Origin: a virus
DNA: 64,000 bases
IMG/VR virus record: IMGVR_UViG_3300042549_007519
Span: 6,174-70,173 of that record
Strand: one strand, 5' to 3'
The notes under the pieces are model-generated. The model ran no database searches, was not told where the DNA came from, and saw nothing but the letters and a program-made list of their open reading frames with translations. Each line of letters starts with the position of its first letter. Positions within the stretch are counted from its first letter, which is position 1. A program made the translations under genes and the position numbers. Below, piece by piece: positions 26,915-35,942 of this stretch.

Positions 26915-27247
26915 TTAAGTTGTTTCGTATTTTTTACCCAATGCTTTTTTAACATTGTATTTAACTTCTTCAATATCCCCACTCATGTTTTCAAACTCAT
27001 CTGCGTTTGGTTGTTCGTCTAATTTCTTTATAGCTTTTCTGTAATAGAAAATACCATAAATTGACAAAGTAACAAGCAATGCACTTATCACAATATCTTT
27101 AATGTTCATTTTTCCACTTGTTATACTTCCCATAGCTCCACCATCTGAATAACTTGTTTCAACTGTTGGTGCTGGTGTGGTTTCAACAACTGGTGCTGGT
27201 GCTGGCGTACTTGTAGCTTCTACTGGCGGTGTTGTTTGTCCTTCCAT
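26915..27247 (-). CDS. membrane protein with Pro/Thr-rich N-terminus
   Basis: YSDGG motif; central TM. Confidence 0.7.
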   Translation of the reverse strand: MEGQTTPPVEATSTPAPAPVVETTPAPTVETSYSDGGAMGSITSGKMNIKDIVISALLVTLSIYGIFYYRKAIKKLDEQPNADEFENMSGDIEEVKYNVKKALGKKYETT

Positions 27248-27852
27248 TACTCTATTGTTTTAAAAATTTTACCTTGATTTAAGTTATGGACTACTTCAAA
27301 ATTATTTTGAGCCATAACTTCTACTATTTGATTCCAACCATAAAATAATTTATGTGTACCAAAGTAACCATCCCAATCTTCTCCATCATCGCTTAATGGT
27401 GCTTCAAAGTAAATATATTTTACTCCTTTACAATATTTTGCTAATGCGTCAAAATGCTCGTTACTTAAATGCTCTATAAAGTGAGTAGCAATTACAATAT
27501 CACATTTTGGTCTATCATTATCATTAAACCAATCAAATTTTGATGGAAAAATATATTTGAATTTTGGGTCTTTGCATTTTGTTTTTTCAATAGCTGACTT
27601 GCATATTTCTATTCCAGTCCAACTATTAATTTCATATTCTTTCAAAGCGGTTTCACATAAATCTGCTTTCCAAGTTCCAAACTCTAAAACATCTGCATTT
27701 TTTTTACCTAATTCTAATAGGATTTTTACGTTTTCATAGTTATAATGTGCTTGGTCTGGATATAATTCTTCCAATTTGTTATGGTATTCCACTTGCTCGT
27801 CAATACTCATTGTGTCATACTTATTTCTCCAATCATCAAATTCGTTTGTCAT
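27247..27852 (-). CDS. class I SAM-dependent methyltransferase
   Basis: VLEFG..WTGIEI..DIVIATHFIEHL. Confidence 0.75.
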   Translation of the reverse strand: MTNEFDDWRNKYDTMSIDEQVEYHNKLEELYPDQAHYNYENVKILLELGKKNADVLEFGTWKADLCETALKEYEINSWTGIEICKSAIEKTKCKDPKFKYIFPSKFDWFNDNDRPKCDIVIATHFIEHLSNEHFDALAKYCKGVKYIYFEAPLSDDGEDWDGYFGTHKLFYGWNQIVEVMAQNNFEVVHNLNQGKIFKTIE

Positions 27853-27853
27853 A

Positions 27854-28267
27854 TTATTTTTTTTTAATTGATATTAATATCAAAGCTAAACCCAATAATC
27901 CAAAACCACCTGCATAAGCATATTTATTTTTAGTCAAATGCACTTTTAATTTGCTTTCTTCTGGTGTTGTTTTAGTATTTTTAGGTTTAGTTCCTGTAAT
28001 TACAATTTCATCCAATTCTGTTGCCGATTCTTGTAAGGTTATCTTTTTATCTTGTAATTGATTAGTTGTAAAAGTTTGTTTTGTAAATCCAATATAACTT
28101 ACCTCAAAAACATCTGTTCCCAAAAGACTATCGCTTTCTAAACTGAAGTTACCATCAAAGTCTGTTGTCGTTCCAACCTTTCCAGATTTAGAACCACTTC
28201 TTAATGTTATGTTTGCACCCATTAAAGGCACATTATCTATATCTACTATTTTACCGCTAATTTTCAT
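27854..28267 (-). CDS. CarboxypepD_reg-like (SusC N-terminal type) domain with C-terminal TM
   Basis: ISGKIVD..PLMGANI..GTTTDFDGNFSL..VSYIGF..LDEIVITG. Confidence 0.85.
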   Translation of the reverse strand: MKISGKIVDIDNVPLMGANITLRSGSKSGKVGTTTDFDGNFSLESDSLLGTDVFEVSYIGFTKQTFTTNQLQDKKITLQESATELDEIVITGTKPKNTKTTPEESKLKVHLTKNKYAYAGGFGLLGLALILISIKKK

Positions 28268-28413
28268 TATGCTTTTCCGTTTAATCTTTTAATGGTGTAG
28301 TAATTTACTATTGCACCTAATGTAAATGACACAATTCCAACTACAACAAATACAGTCGATAAATGTTTGTGTACTTGTGTATTTTTTTCTTGTTTATTTT
28401 CTTGTTCTAACAT
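28267..28413 (-). CDS. 48-aa membrane protein (below cutoff)
   Basis: MLEQENKQEKNTQVHKHLSTVFVVVGIVSFTLGAIVNYYTIKRLNGKA. Confidence 0.65.
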   Translation of the reverse strand: MLEQENKQEKNTQVHKHLSTVFVVVGIVSFTLGAIVNYYTIKRLNGKA

Positions 28414-29059
28414 ATATGTATGCACCTCCTAATGCGATTAATCCAATTCCTAAAACTAATGCTAATTTATTACCTGTTGACAAAGCGTAAGGCTTGTTCA
28501 GTACATAAAAAGCATCTAATCTATTAAGCCACCCTTTAAGGTTTTTTGGTTGATTTAAAGCCTTGTATTTACTTGCTCTAAAATCATATAGTTTTTCAAA
28601 CAATTCTGGTGTTTGACCCTTTTTATCTAATTCATTAACGTAAGCCACTATTTGACCTATATTGTTAAATGTTTTGTTATAGCTTGATTTGAAAAATTGT
28701 TTCAAAAAATTTGTTGCTCCTCCTACTCCACTTCCCCAAGCCATTTCTACAAAAGTATTTGCAATAGCTTGATTTCTTACTTCATCTCCTTTCATTGGAT
28801 TCCAATACCCTTGCTTGTATATTTTCCCCCAAACATCATCTGGCATATTTAAAAAATTTGAACAAGAAGCACTATATCCTAAACTTGAAGCATTAGAACT
28901 AAATGTTGACCAAGTTACTCCTTTATTGGTGTGATATGGTTGTCCATTTGAACCATTACCGCAAGGCGATGGATTTCTACTCGCTGTATCTGTTGTAGCG
29001 GAACTTTTTCCGCCTTCTTTTGATTTAATAAATGATATTATGTTTCTATAATCTGCCAT
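28394..29059 (-). CDS. GH108 lysozyme with C-terminal TM (virion-associated muramidase candidate)
   Basis: EGG..D..TNKGVT..IYKQGYW..WGSG..GWLNR; C-terminal TM. Confidence 0.85.
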   Translation of the reverse strand: MADYRNIISFIKSKEGGKSSATTDTASRNPSPCGNGSNGQPYHTNKGVTWSTFSSNASSLGYSASCSNFLNMPDDVWGKIYKQGYWNPMKGDEVRNQAIANTFVEMAWGSGVGGATNFLKQFFKSSYNKTFNNIGQIVAYVNELDKKGQTPELFEKLYDFRASKYKALNQPKNLKGWLNRLDAFYVLNKPYALSTGNKLALVLGIGLIALGGAYIYVRTRK

Positions 29060-29352
29060 TACCATAAAATTTTATCAGCATAATATCCATTTGAACCAAC
29101 TTTATGTCGGTCTTTTTCATGCCTTTCTTTATACAATTTTCTACGCTTGTATGCGTAACCTTTTTCGTAATACCCTTTTTTTTCTTTTTCAAGATATGTA
29201 GGGTAGTCATTCATTCCTCTCGCTCCAATGCTTGCTATCTTCTTACCATTTTTAAAAACATCTATTTTTTTCAAAAGGTTGGTAGATGGTTTAATAACCA
29301 CCCCCAACTCTTTTGCCTTTCTAAAGCTATATGGTAAAATTTTGTAAGCCAT
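29059..29352 (-). CDS. basic viral protein, DUF5754-like
   Basis: KKIDVF..IGARGMNDYPTY..RRKLYKERH..ADKILW. Confidence 0.6.
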   Translation of the reverse strand: MAYKILPYSFRKAKELGVVIKPSTNLLKKIDVFKNGKKIASIGARGMNDYPTYLEKEKKGYYEKGYAYKRRKLYKERHEKDRHKVGSNGYYADKILW

Positions 29353-29507
29353 TACATATTATCTATTATTTCGTTTGCTTCATCTAACGAAACTACTTTA
29401 ACATCTTTTTTCATTTCCAAAAATCTTTGAAGTGTGAAAAAAGATAATGCTGATATTACTCCTAAACCAAGTATTACAACCGAATATTTTATAAACTTAT
29501 TTCCCAT
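29352..29507 (-). CDS. 51-aa membrane protein (below cutoff)
   Basis: MGNKFIKYSVVILGLGVISALSFFTLQRFLEMKK... Confidence 0.65.
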   Translation of the reverse strand: MGNKFIKYSVVILGLGVISALSFFTLQRFLEMKKDVKVVSLDEANEIIDNM

Positions 29508-29509
29508 AA

Positions 29510-30055
29510 TTATTCTATTTTACCAAATCCTAAAATATTTCTAACTCTACCTACATTACGTTTCATTTTGCTTAAATAATATTCTCTTGTTGTTTGGTCG
29601 TCATAACCAGCATCGTGAATTAATAAAATTTGTTCTTCTGGAGTTTTGGCGTTTAATCTTGCTTTTTCATATCTTTTTGATTTTAGATTATCAATAAATC
29701 CTTTTACTCCTTCTTCATAATTTTTCCATTTTGCCCATTTCCCAGTTGAAGATTGATAAAAATCTTTGTGAATGTTTGAATTATATCTTACACCACCAAA
29801 ATTATTACCATTCATAAAAATATTACTTCTTCCAAAAAAACTTTCAGTCATAGACATAGGTATTACAGCACTTAAAAACAAGCCACTACCTTTTACCTCT
29901 TTTGCAAACATTTTACCATATTTAGCTATAAAATACTTAACTTTTGCATCAGGTTCTCCCATAGTAGAAAATGTACTAAATGGCAATGAATCCATATATT
30001 TAATTAACTCCTCATTGGTTAATTTATCTAATTCAGATTTAGTTTTTACAGCCAT
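29510..30055 (-). CDS. GH73 glucosaminidase (FlgJ-like)
   Basis: ESFFGRS..NNFGGV..RY..AGY. Confidence 0.8.
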   Translation of the reverse strand: MAVKTKSELDKLTNEELIKYMDSLPFSTFSTMGEPDAKVKYFIAKYGKMFAKEVKGSGLFLSAVIPMSMTESFFGRSNIFMNGNNFGGVRYNSNIHKDFYQSSTGKWAKWKNYEEGVKGFIDNLKSKRYEKARLNAKTPEEQILLIHDAGYDDQTTREYYLSKMKRNVGRVRNILGFGKIE

Positions 30056-30067
30056 TTCTTTTATTTT

Positions 30068-30469
30068 TTATCTATTATTTTTAAATATGTTTATTGCTCC
30101 TATACTGGCAACAAGCAACACACTTCCGATAATCAAAGCAGTAATTCCACCAGAAGATTTTTCTTTTTCTTCAACGATAGGCGTTTCTACTGAATTTGGT
30201 TTTTCTTCTCCTTTTGGTTTTTGAATAGATTTTGTTTTTTCTTCTAACAAGTCCTCTAAATCTTCAATTAAATCATCTTCATAGTCATTTACATAATCTG
30301 TAATTTCTTCTAAAGATTCTTTTAATTCTTCATCATCTGGATTAGCTCTTAATTCACTTTTAGCTAAATCTAATCTTTGATGTAAATTCTTTAAACCATC
30401 TAATCTTTTACCAATAGGTGCTGTTACCTTATTGTCCAATTTCTCTAACAAAATTTTAATTTTATCCAT
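30068..30469 (-). CDS. acidic coiled-coil membrane protein, C-terminal TM
   Basis: GGITALIIGSVLLVASIGAINIF. Confidence 0.7.
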   Translation of the reverse strand: MDKIKILLEKLDNKVTAPIGKRLDGLKNLHQRLDLAKSELRANPDDEELKESLEEITDYVNDYEDDLIEDLEDLLEEKTKSIQKPKGEEKPNSVETPIVEEKEKSSGGITALIIGSVLLVASIGAINIFKNNR

Positions 30470-30537
30470 TTTTTTTCGGTATTTATTTAAGTTATTTTAA
30501 GTACAAATATAATAAATTTTAATTATAATATAAGTTA

Positions 30538-30735
30538 TTATGGAAATGGTGTGTATTCAATCCTTTCTAACTCATTTAATTGGTCGTGGATTGGCTGAAA
30601 TGGTTCGTATGTAAGTGCATCAAGTGTCATAAACCATTTACCTGCTCCATCTTTTACAAACTCTAATCTACAAGCACCATTTGTGTACCCATTTAAAGCA
30701 TTGTATTGTTCTGTATTTGGATGTAAAACTATCAT
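30538..30735 (-). CDS. small partner protein of the spike-like gene
   Basis: ORF abutting 30737..31528. Confidence 0.55.
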   Translation of the reverse strand: MIVLHPNTEQYNALNGYTNGACRLEFVKDGAGKWFMTLDALTYEPFQPIHDQLNELERIEYTPFP

Positions 30736-30736
30736 A

Positions 30737-31528
30737 TTATAAAGAATTTATATAATTTTCAAAAGCATTTACATAAGCTGTGTTTTCAGCAATTAAAGAC
30801 GCTCCCATTGAGTACATAGATATTCTATTATGAGCTGAATAAGTAATTCCAGACTTTAATATATATTGTGATATATTTGGTAAAGATGCTGAACCTGTGT
30901 TAGTAGCAGTAGCTGAAGTGGTTGCATTAAAAAGAGTTAAATCAGTATTACTTGTTCTATGTATAGACTTCATACCTCTTGTACCTGTATAACTAAAAGC
31001 TGGAGAAATTGTAGTAATTCCTTGATTAATTCTATTATTCCCAGTACCTCCACTTCTTTGTATATTGTTATTATTAACAGTATCGTTACCATCTAATGGT
31101 CCTGTTTGACCTACGGTAGCAGAATACAAATAAACATATCTACTTGCATTTGTGGCTTGATAATTATTAGTTCCAATAGTAGGAATAAAAGTTGTATCAA
31201 TGTAAGCAGTTGAACCATTACCTAATAACCCCTGATTAGATGTAAAAGTTAAAGGATTAATTAAAGTTGCTAAATATGAATTTGGATTTTTCCAATTTAT
31301 CCTTCCAAAATCAACTCCACTTGATGAATCATAAGCAAAAACATAGAACACATCAAGTTTGTTCCATATACCACCTGCCTTTAAAGCTAAAACTAAATCG
31401 TTTTGTTTTATTTGTTGAGAATCTGGAGGTAATGTATATCCAAGTGCAACAGCTTTATTCAATACAGCTTGATAATCTGCATCAAACGAGCTATTTTGTC
31501 CTTGTCCTGCTCCTAATAATGTTAACAT
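30737..31528 (-). CDS. putative spike/fibre protein (lectin-like beta domain)
   Basis: DADYQAVL..LKAGGIWNKLD..GNGSTAYIDT; Asn/Thr-rich. Confidence 0.55.
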   Translation of the reverse strand: MLTLLGAGQGQNSSFDADYQAVLNKAVALGYTLPPDSQQIKQNDLVLALKAGGIWNKLDVFYVFAYDSSSGVDFGRINWKNPNSYLATLINPLTFTSNQGLLGNGSTAYIDTTFIPTIGTNNYQATNASRYVYLYSATVGQTGPLDGNDTVNNNNIQRSGGTGNNRINQGITTISPAFSYTGTRGMKSIHRTSNTDLTLFNATTSATATNTGSASLPNISQYILKSGITYSAHNRISMYSMGASLIAENTAYVNAFENYINSL

Positions 31529-31529
31529 A

Positions 31530-32189
31530 TTATGCGAAAGTTAAATTAACAATCACATCTCCTGCTCCAACCGCACCTGTATCAGCAGTTGCCGAACCAC
31601 TTGTAATTGCGATACCAATCCCTAAAGGAAAATTAACTCCCATTGAAAAAGGAATAGCAACCCCAGCTCCTTGCGTATTAGCTGGTACTGGAATAGTCAT
31701 TAAAGGCTCATCAGTTCCTACTGTTGGTGCAGTTGCTTTACTATAAATTTTTAAGTATCTAACAGTACTTGTCAAACCAATTGCAATTATAGAATATAAG
31801 TTACCACCACTTGCTTTTACAACATTTGCATTTGTAGAAGCAGTAGATATTAATTTGTAAGCGGTTGTTCCATTTGCTCCAGTATTGTTTGGTCTTGGAC
31901 TAACTGGTACTGGAGATGCAGAAGTTGAACTTGTTCCAAAATAAGTTGAAGCAAATGTCAAAAAAGAAGATAAAGTAAAAGGTGTTCCTGTTGAATCTTC
32001 ACAATCCGATAAAAGTCCTTCAAAAACAGTCAAGTTGTTACCTTGAGCTGTATTAAACAATACTACTCTTGGAGCAGTTTCATACAAACTAATACTTTGT
32101 AAACCAATATATAGCGTTGGTAAGTACAACACATTTGTTGCTCCTACCGATATTTGTAAAGTTGAATTTACTATTGTAAATTTTGCCAT
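31530..32189 (-). CDS. putative structural spike/vertex protein
   Basis: two beta-rich domains with SPVPVSPRP linker; VKASGGNLY..YLKIY..GIGIAIT. Confidence 0.55.
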   Translation of the reverse strand: MAKFTIVNSTLQISVGATNVLYLPTLYIGLQSISLYETAPRVVLFNTAQGNNLTVFEGLLSDCEDSTGTPFTLSSFLTFASTYFGTSSTSASPVPVSPRPNNTGANGTTAYKLISTASTNANVVKASGGNLYSIIAIGLTSTVRYLKIYSKATAPTVGTDEPLMTIPVPANTQGAGVAIPFSMGVNFPLGIGIAITSGSATADTGAVGAGDVIVNLTFA

Positions 32190-32280
32190 AATTATTTTTT
32201 TTATTTTAAAGTGTAAATATACTATTTTTTTTAAAATCAAGGCGTTAATGTATTTCAATTAACACCTTGACTTAATTTTA

Positions 32281-35200
32281 CTATTTATTACGCATTTGCT
32301 CGTTTGCACGTTTCAATGCACTTTGCCAACTTTCGCCATCTTTACGAATTTGTTTTGCTAATTGCATAGCACCACCTCTTTTAGTTTTGCCACCGCCTGA
32401 CATCTTACTATCGTACTTCGCTTTCTGACTTCCTGCAATTTTATTACCTACTTCTTTTGCTTCGGCTTTGTCATAAGTCTTACCATACTCTTTTTGATAT
32501 TTTGGTTCTACCTTTTTGCCTTCAAAATTTTTGGCTATTGCAGTTGCTTTTTCCTTGAAAGTGGTTTTTCCACCGCCTTCAAATTTTTTATTAAATGACT
32601 TCAAAGCACTTTTTTCAACCCAATATCCGTTTGATGGCTTCACAACTTTTAAGTCTTTACCATCGTCATAATGAACTTCTTTTACATATCTTTTAGCTAT
32701 GTAAACATAATCATTTTTAATTTTACCTCCGCCTTTATAAAGGTTAACTCCGTTTAAAACTTGGCTTGGTAAAAAAACCATTTCTTTACCATCTTTAACA
32801 ATAGTAATTGTTGCTATTTTACCTTTAGGAACATAATTAGTTGATTTTAACTTTGAACTACCAGAAACACTAATTACGCTTGGATTAGAAACATAATTTC
32901 TTTTTTTAGGGTCTGCATAGTTTTTTTCTCTCCATTCTTTTTCTGTTTTAGTCATTTCTGGCTCATAATAACCATTCCAAACTAAAAACTCATTAAACAA
33001 GTGCCAATTCTCATCAGTATAGAAGTCATAATCCTCTTGGTCAAAACTGCCTTTTCCAACTCCCTCTTTTTGTAGCATTTCCTCAACACCTTCTGCATAA
33101 TCTTTTAGCATTTTATCGCTATTTCTTATATCAGAACCAGATTCAGCACCAATTTTATCCCAAACATCAGCTTCTTTATTACCTAATTTTTCAAGATATT
33201 CGTTTCTTAATTCTTTTGGACTTTTTTTAGTTTCTGCTTTTTTATAATTTTTTATTGAATCTGGAACTTCTACATTTGCATTTTCAATTAATTTTATAGC
33301 ATTTTCTTTTGTTATTTTACCATCTTTAATTCTTTGAGTAAATTCTCCAACTTCAATACTTTTTAACAAACGATTTTTTAAGTCTGGAAAACTTTTAAAT
33401 ACTTCTTTTGACAATGGTTTACCTTGATTCAAATAATATTTAATCATACTTTCGTAAGTAAAAGTTGTATCGTATTTTTTAGTGAAATTAACAAATTCTT
33501 TCCATTTTTCTATTTCTGATTTTGTTGCTCCCTTACTTTTAGCTTGTTCAAGATTTGTATATTGATACTTCATGCGTTTAGCATGACTTAAAAGTTCTTC
33601 TTCCTTTATTCTAATTCTTTCATATTCTTTTCTTGACATTTCCCAAACTTGTTTGTCGCCAACTCCACCGCCAGTTGCAAAAAGACCTCTTTTGTAAGCA
33701 TCACGAATACTTGGGTCTATTTCCCCACTATCTAAAAAGTCTTTAGCTTCTTGAAGGCTATCAAACTCAACATCATTTGCGTAGTATTTTTTATAATTAG
33801 GCTCATACATAATTTCGCTATCTTTATACTCTATAAAAGACACTTCTCCGCCAGTTGCGTAGTTATCATTATATTTTTCAAATTTATACTTGTCAATTTT
33901 TTTATAAATATCAACTACTCTTTGATGCAATTTTGAGTTTTTTTGTTTTAATATTTTAAGTTCTTTTTTAAAGTTTTCTGTTTGTGAATAATCATATCCA
34001 TCGTATAAACCATACAAATAATTAGTTAATCCTCTTGGCGTATCACTTTCAGATAAAACATCTAAAATTTCTTCTCTTGTTTCTGAATCCATTTGTGCCT
34101 GTCGGTCAAATCTTCTAATTTCTCCACCACCAGCATAAACTTGATTTTGAAAATTTCCAAAATTAGGGTCGGTCATAAAACCGCCTTCTGCATACCCATA
34201 ACCTCGTCTATGTGGTTTGTCTTTTGAGTAACGAACTTCGTAATCTTCACTATGGTTTAAGTATTTTCTATCTCTTATTCTTCCTCCTTTATCAAAAGGT
34301 AATTGCGGTACATCTCCTCTATAACCATTTGCTAAATTAACGTAAATAATATCGCCACTTTTAGTTTTTACTTTTTGTACGCGACTTGACATAGTTTTAA
34401 TGATTTGGTCGCCTTGTTTTAATCCATGATTACCAAGTGAGCCACCTTCTGCAAAAGATTTTGGTGCATTATCTACAATATATTTTAAAGCTTCATCTTT
34501 TGTTTCAAATTCTTTTAATCCAAAATTAACTGAATTATCAAATTTTCTAACACTTACAGCAGTAAAATCTTCAAGTTCTACATCATAAACAATTTTACCA
34601 ATTTTAAGTCCATTTACATATACCCCATATCTTGTTGGCATACCTAAACTTTCGTTATAATGTTCTTCATCTACAATAACATATTTACCTTTTTCCATCA
34701 TTACACCTTGCTTATCTCTTAACCAAGAAGGTAAATTACCTCCATAATTAAAAGCCAAAGCTTCTGGACTTGCACCATGCATTTCTCTTAATTCTCCAAA
34801 AGACTTATTACCACCTTGTTGAGTTTTTATTGCTTTTACTCTACCATCTTCAGATAAGTCAATTTCTTCATCTAATGTTTCAACGTAAACGCCTTTTTCT
34901 GCGTAGCCACCATCAGCAAACAATTCCCCACTCGACATTGCACCAGTTTCTCCAACTAATGTAGTGTAGTCCATATCTAAACCTCTTGCAAGCGGTGTTT
35001 CTGGAGTTCCTATAATTGTACCACCATCGGCATATTTTAACGCATTTAAAGAAATTCTTAAAACTTCATTTATTTTTGAAACCGTTTTTTGTTGTAAAGC
35101 ATATTTTAGATTATCTTTTGTAATTCTTTTTTGAATTTCTTCTCCAGAATAATCATCCATATTGTTTATAAGATTCTGAATTGGCTCTCTCTTTTGTGAT

Positions 35201-35925
35201 ATTGTTTTTAAACTAATTATATAATTAATTTGAGAAGAAATAAATTTATTAAATCTTTCTCTATCTACTCCACCGCCATTCTCTAAATAAGCATTTTTAA
35301 ACCCACCTACATCTACTCTATTGGCTCTGTTTTCGTAATATACATTACCATCAGCTGATACTCTTTTACCTCTTGGCAAAGCACGTCTTTGAGCATCTTT
35401 AGCTAAATTAGAACTTCCTGCAAGTTTTTTATACTCTTTGTTTCTACGAACCATTGCCAATAACTTGTCGGTTTCAGTTCTTACTTTCTTTTTAGTTTCA
35501 GTAGTATCTGACTTCATCATTTTAGAAGCACGTTGTTTAGCTTGTTCCCAACTTTCTCCATCTTTACGAATTTCTTTTGCTATTGAGAAAACGCTTTTTT
35601 TCTTTGCAGTAGCTTTTGGCTCAACTTTTGGTGTTTTGGTTTCACTTGTTGAAGTCTTTTTTTCTCTTGCCTTGCGTGGTGCTTTTTCCTTTTTTTCTTC
35701 GGCTTTAGCTTCTGCTTGCTCCTCTTTTTTTTCAGCTACTTCAAGTGCCTTTTCTACTTTTTCTTCTATTTCTTTGACTTCTTCTTTTACCTCCGTAGCA
35801 GTCATAGTTTCATCGGTTTTAATTTCCGATTCTAACTTTTTAATCTCTGCACGAATTTTGTCTTTCATGTTGTCTGGAATAAACTTGTTATCCAACGACT
35901 TTTTTAATTTTTCTAATTTTTCCAT
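32281..35925 (-). CDS. large polyvalent/polyprotein-like virion cargo protein
   Basis: 1214 aa; about 13 Phi-x-x-G-G motifs; duplicated IRKDGESW module near both ends. Confidence 0.7.
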   Translation of the reverse strand: MEKLEKLKKSLDNKFIPDNMKDKIRAEIKKLESEIKTDETMTATEVKEEVKEIEEKVEKALEVAEKKEEQAEAKAEEKKEKAPRKAREKKTSTSETKTPKVEPKATAKKKSVFSIAKEIRKDGESWEQAKQRASKMMKSDTTETKKKVRTETDKLLAMVRRNKEYKKLAGSSNLAKDAQRRALPRGKRVSADGNVYYENRANRVDVGGFKNAYLENGGGVDRERFNKFISSQINYIISLKTISQKREPIQNLINNMDDYSGEEIQKRITKDNLKYALQQKTVSKINEVLRISLNALKYADGGTIIGTPETPLARGLDMDYTTLVGETGAMSSGELFADGGYAEKGVYVETLDEEIDLSEDGRVKAIKTQQGGNKSFGELREMHGASPEALAFNYGGNLPSWLRDKQGVMMEKGKYVIVDEEHYNESLGMPTRYGVYVNGLKIGKIVYDVELEDFTAVSVRKFDNSVNFGLKEFETKDEALKYIVDNAPKSFAEGGSLGNHGLKQGDQIIKTMSSRVQKVKTKSGDIIYVNLANGYRGDVPQLPFDKGGRIRDRKYLNHSEDYEVRYSKDKPHRRGYGYAEGGFMTDPNFGNFQNQVYAGGGEIRRFDRQAQMDSETREEILDVLSESDTPRGLTNYLYGLYDGYDYSQTENFKKELKILKQKNSKLHQRVVDIYKKIDKYKFEKYNDNYATGGEVSFIEYKDSEIMYEPNYKKYYANDVEFDSLQEAKDFLDSGEIDPSIRDAYKRGLFATGGGVGDKQVWEMSRKEYERIRIKEEELLSHAKRMKYQYTNLEQAKSKGATKSEIEKWKEFVNFTKKYDTTFTYESMIKYYLNQGKPLSKEVFKSFPDLKNRLLKSIEVGEFTQRIKDGKITKENAIKLIENANVEVPDSIKNYKKAETKKSPKELRNEYLEKLGNKEADVWDKIGAESGSDIRNSDKMLKDYAEGVEEMLQKEGVGKGSFDQEDYDFYTDENWHLFNEFLVWNGYYEPEMTKTEKEWREKNYADPKKRNYVSNPSVISVSGSSKLKSTNYVPKGKIATITIVKDGKEMVFLPSQVLNGVNLYKGGGKIKNDYVYIAKRYVKEVHYDDGKDLKVVKPSNGYWVEKSALKSFNKKFEGGGKTTFKEKATAIAKNFEGKKVEPKYQKEYGKTYDKAEAKEVGNKIAGSQKAKYDSKMSGGGKTKRGGAMQLAKQIRKDGESWQSALKRANEQMRNK

Positions 35926-35942
35926 AATATGGGTTAGTTATT

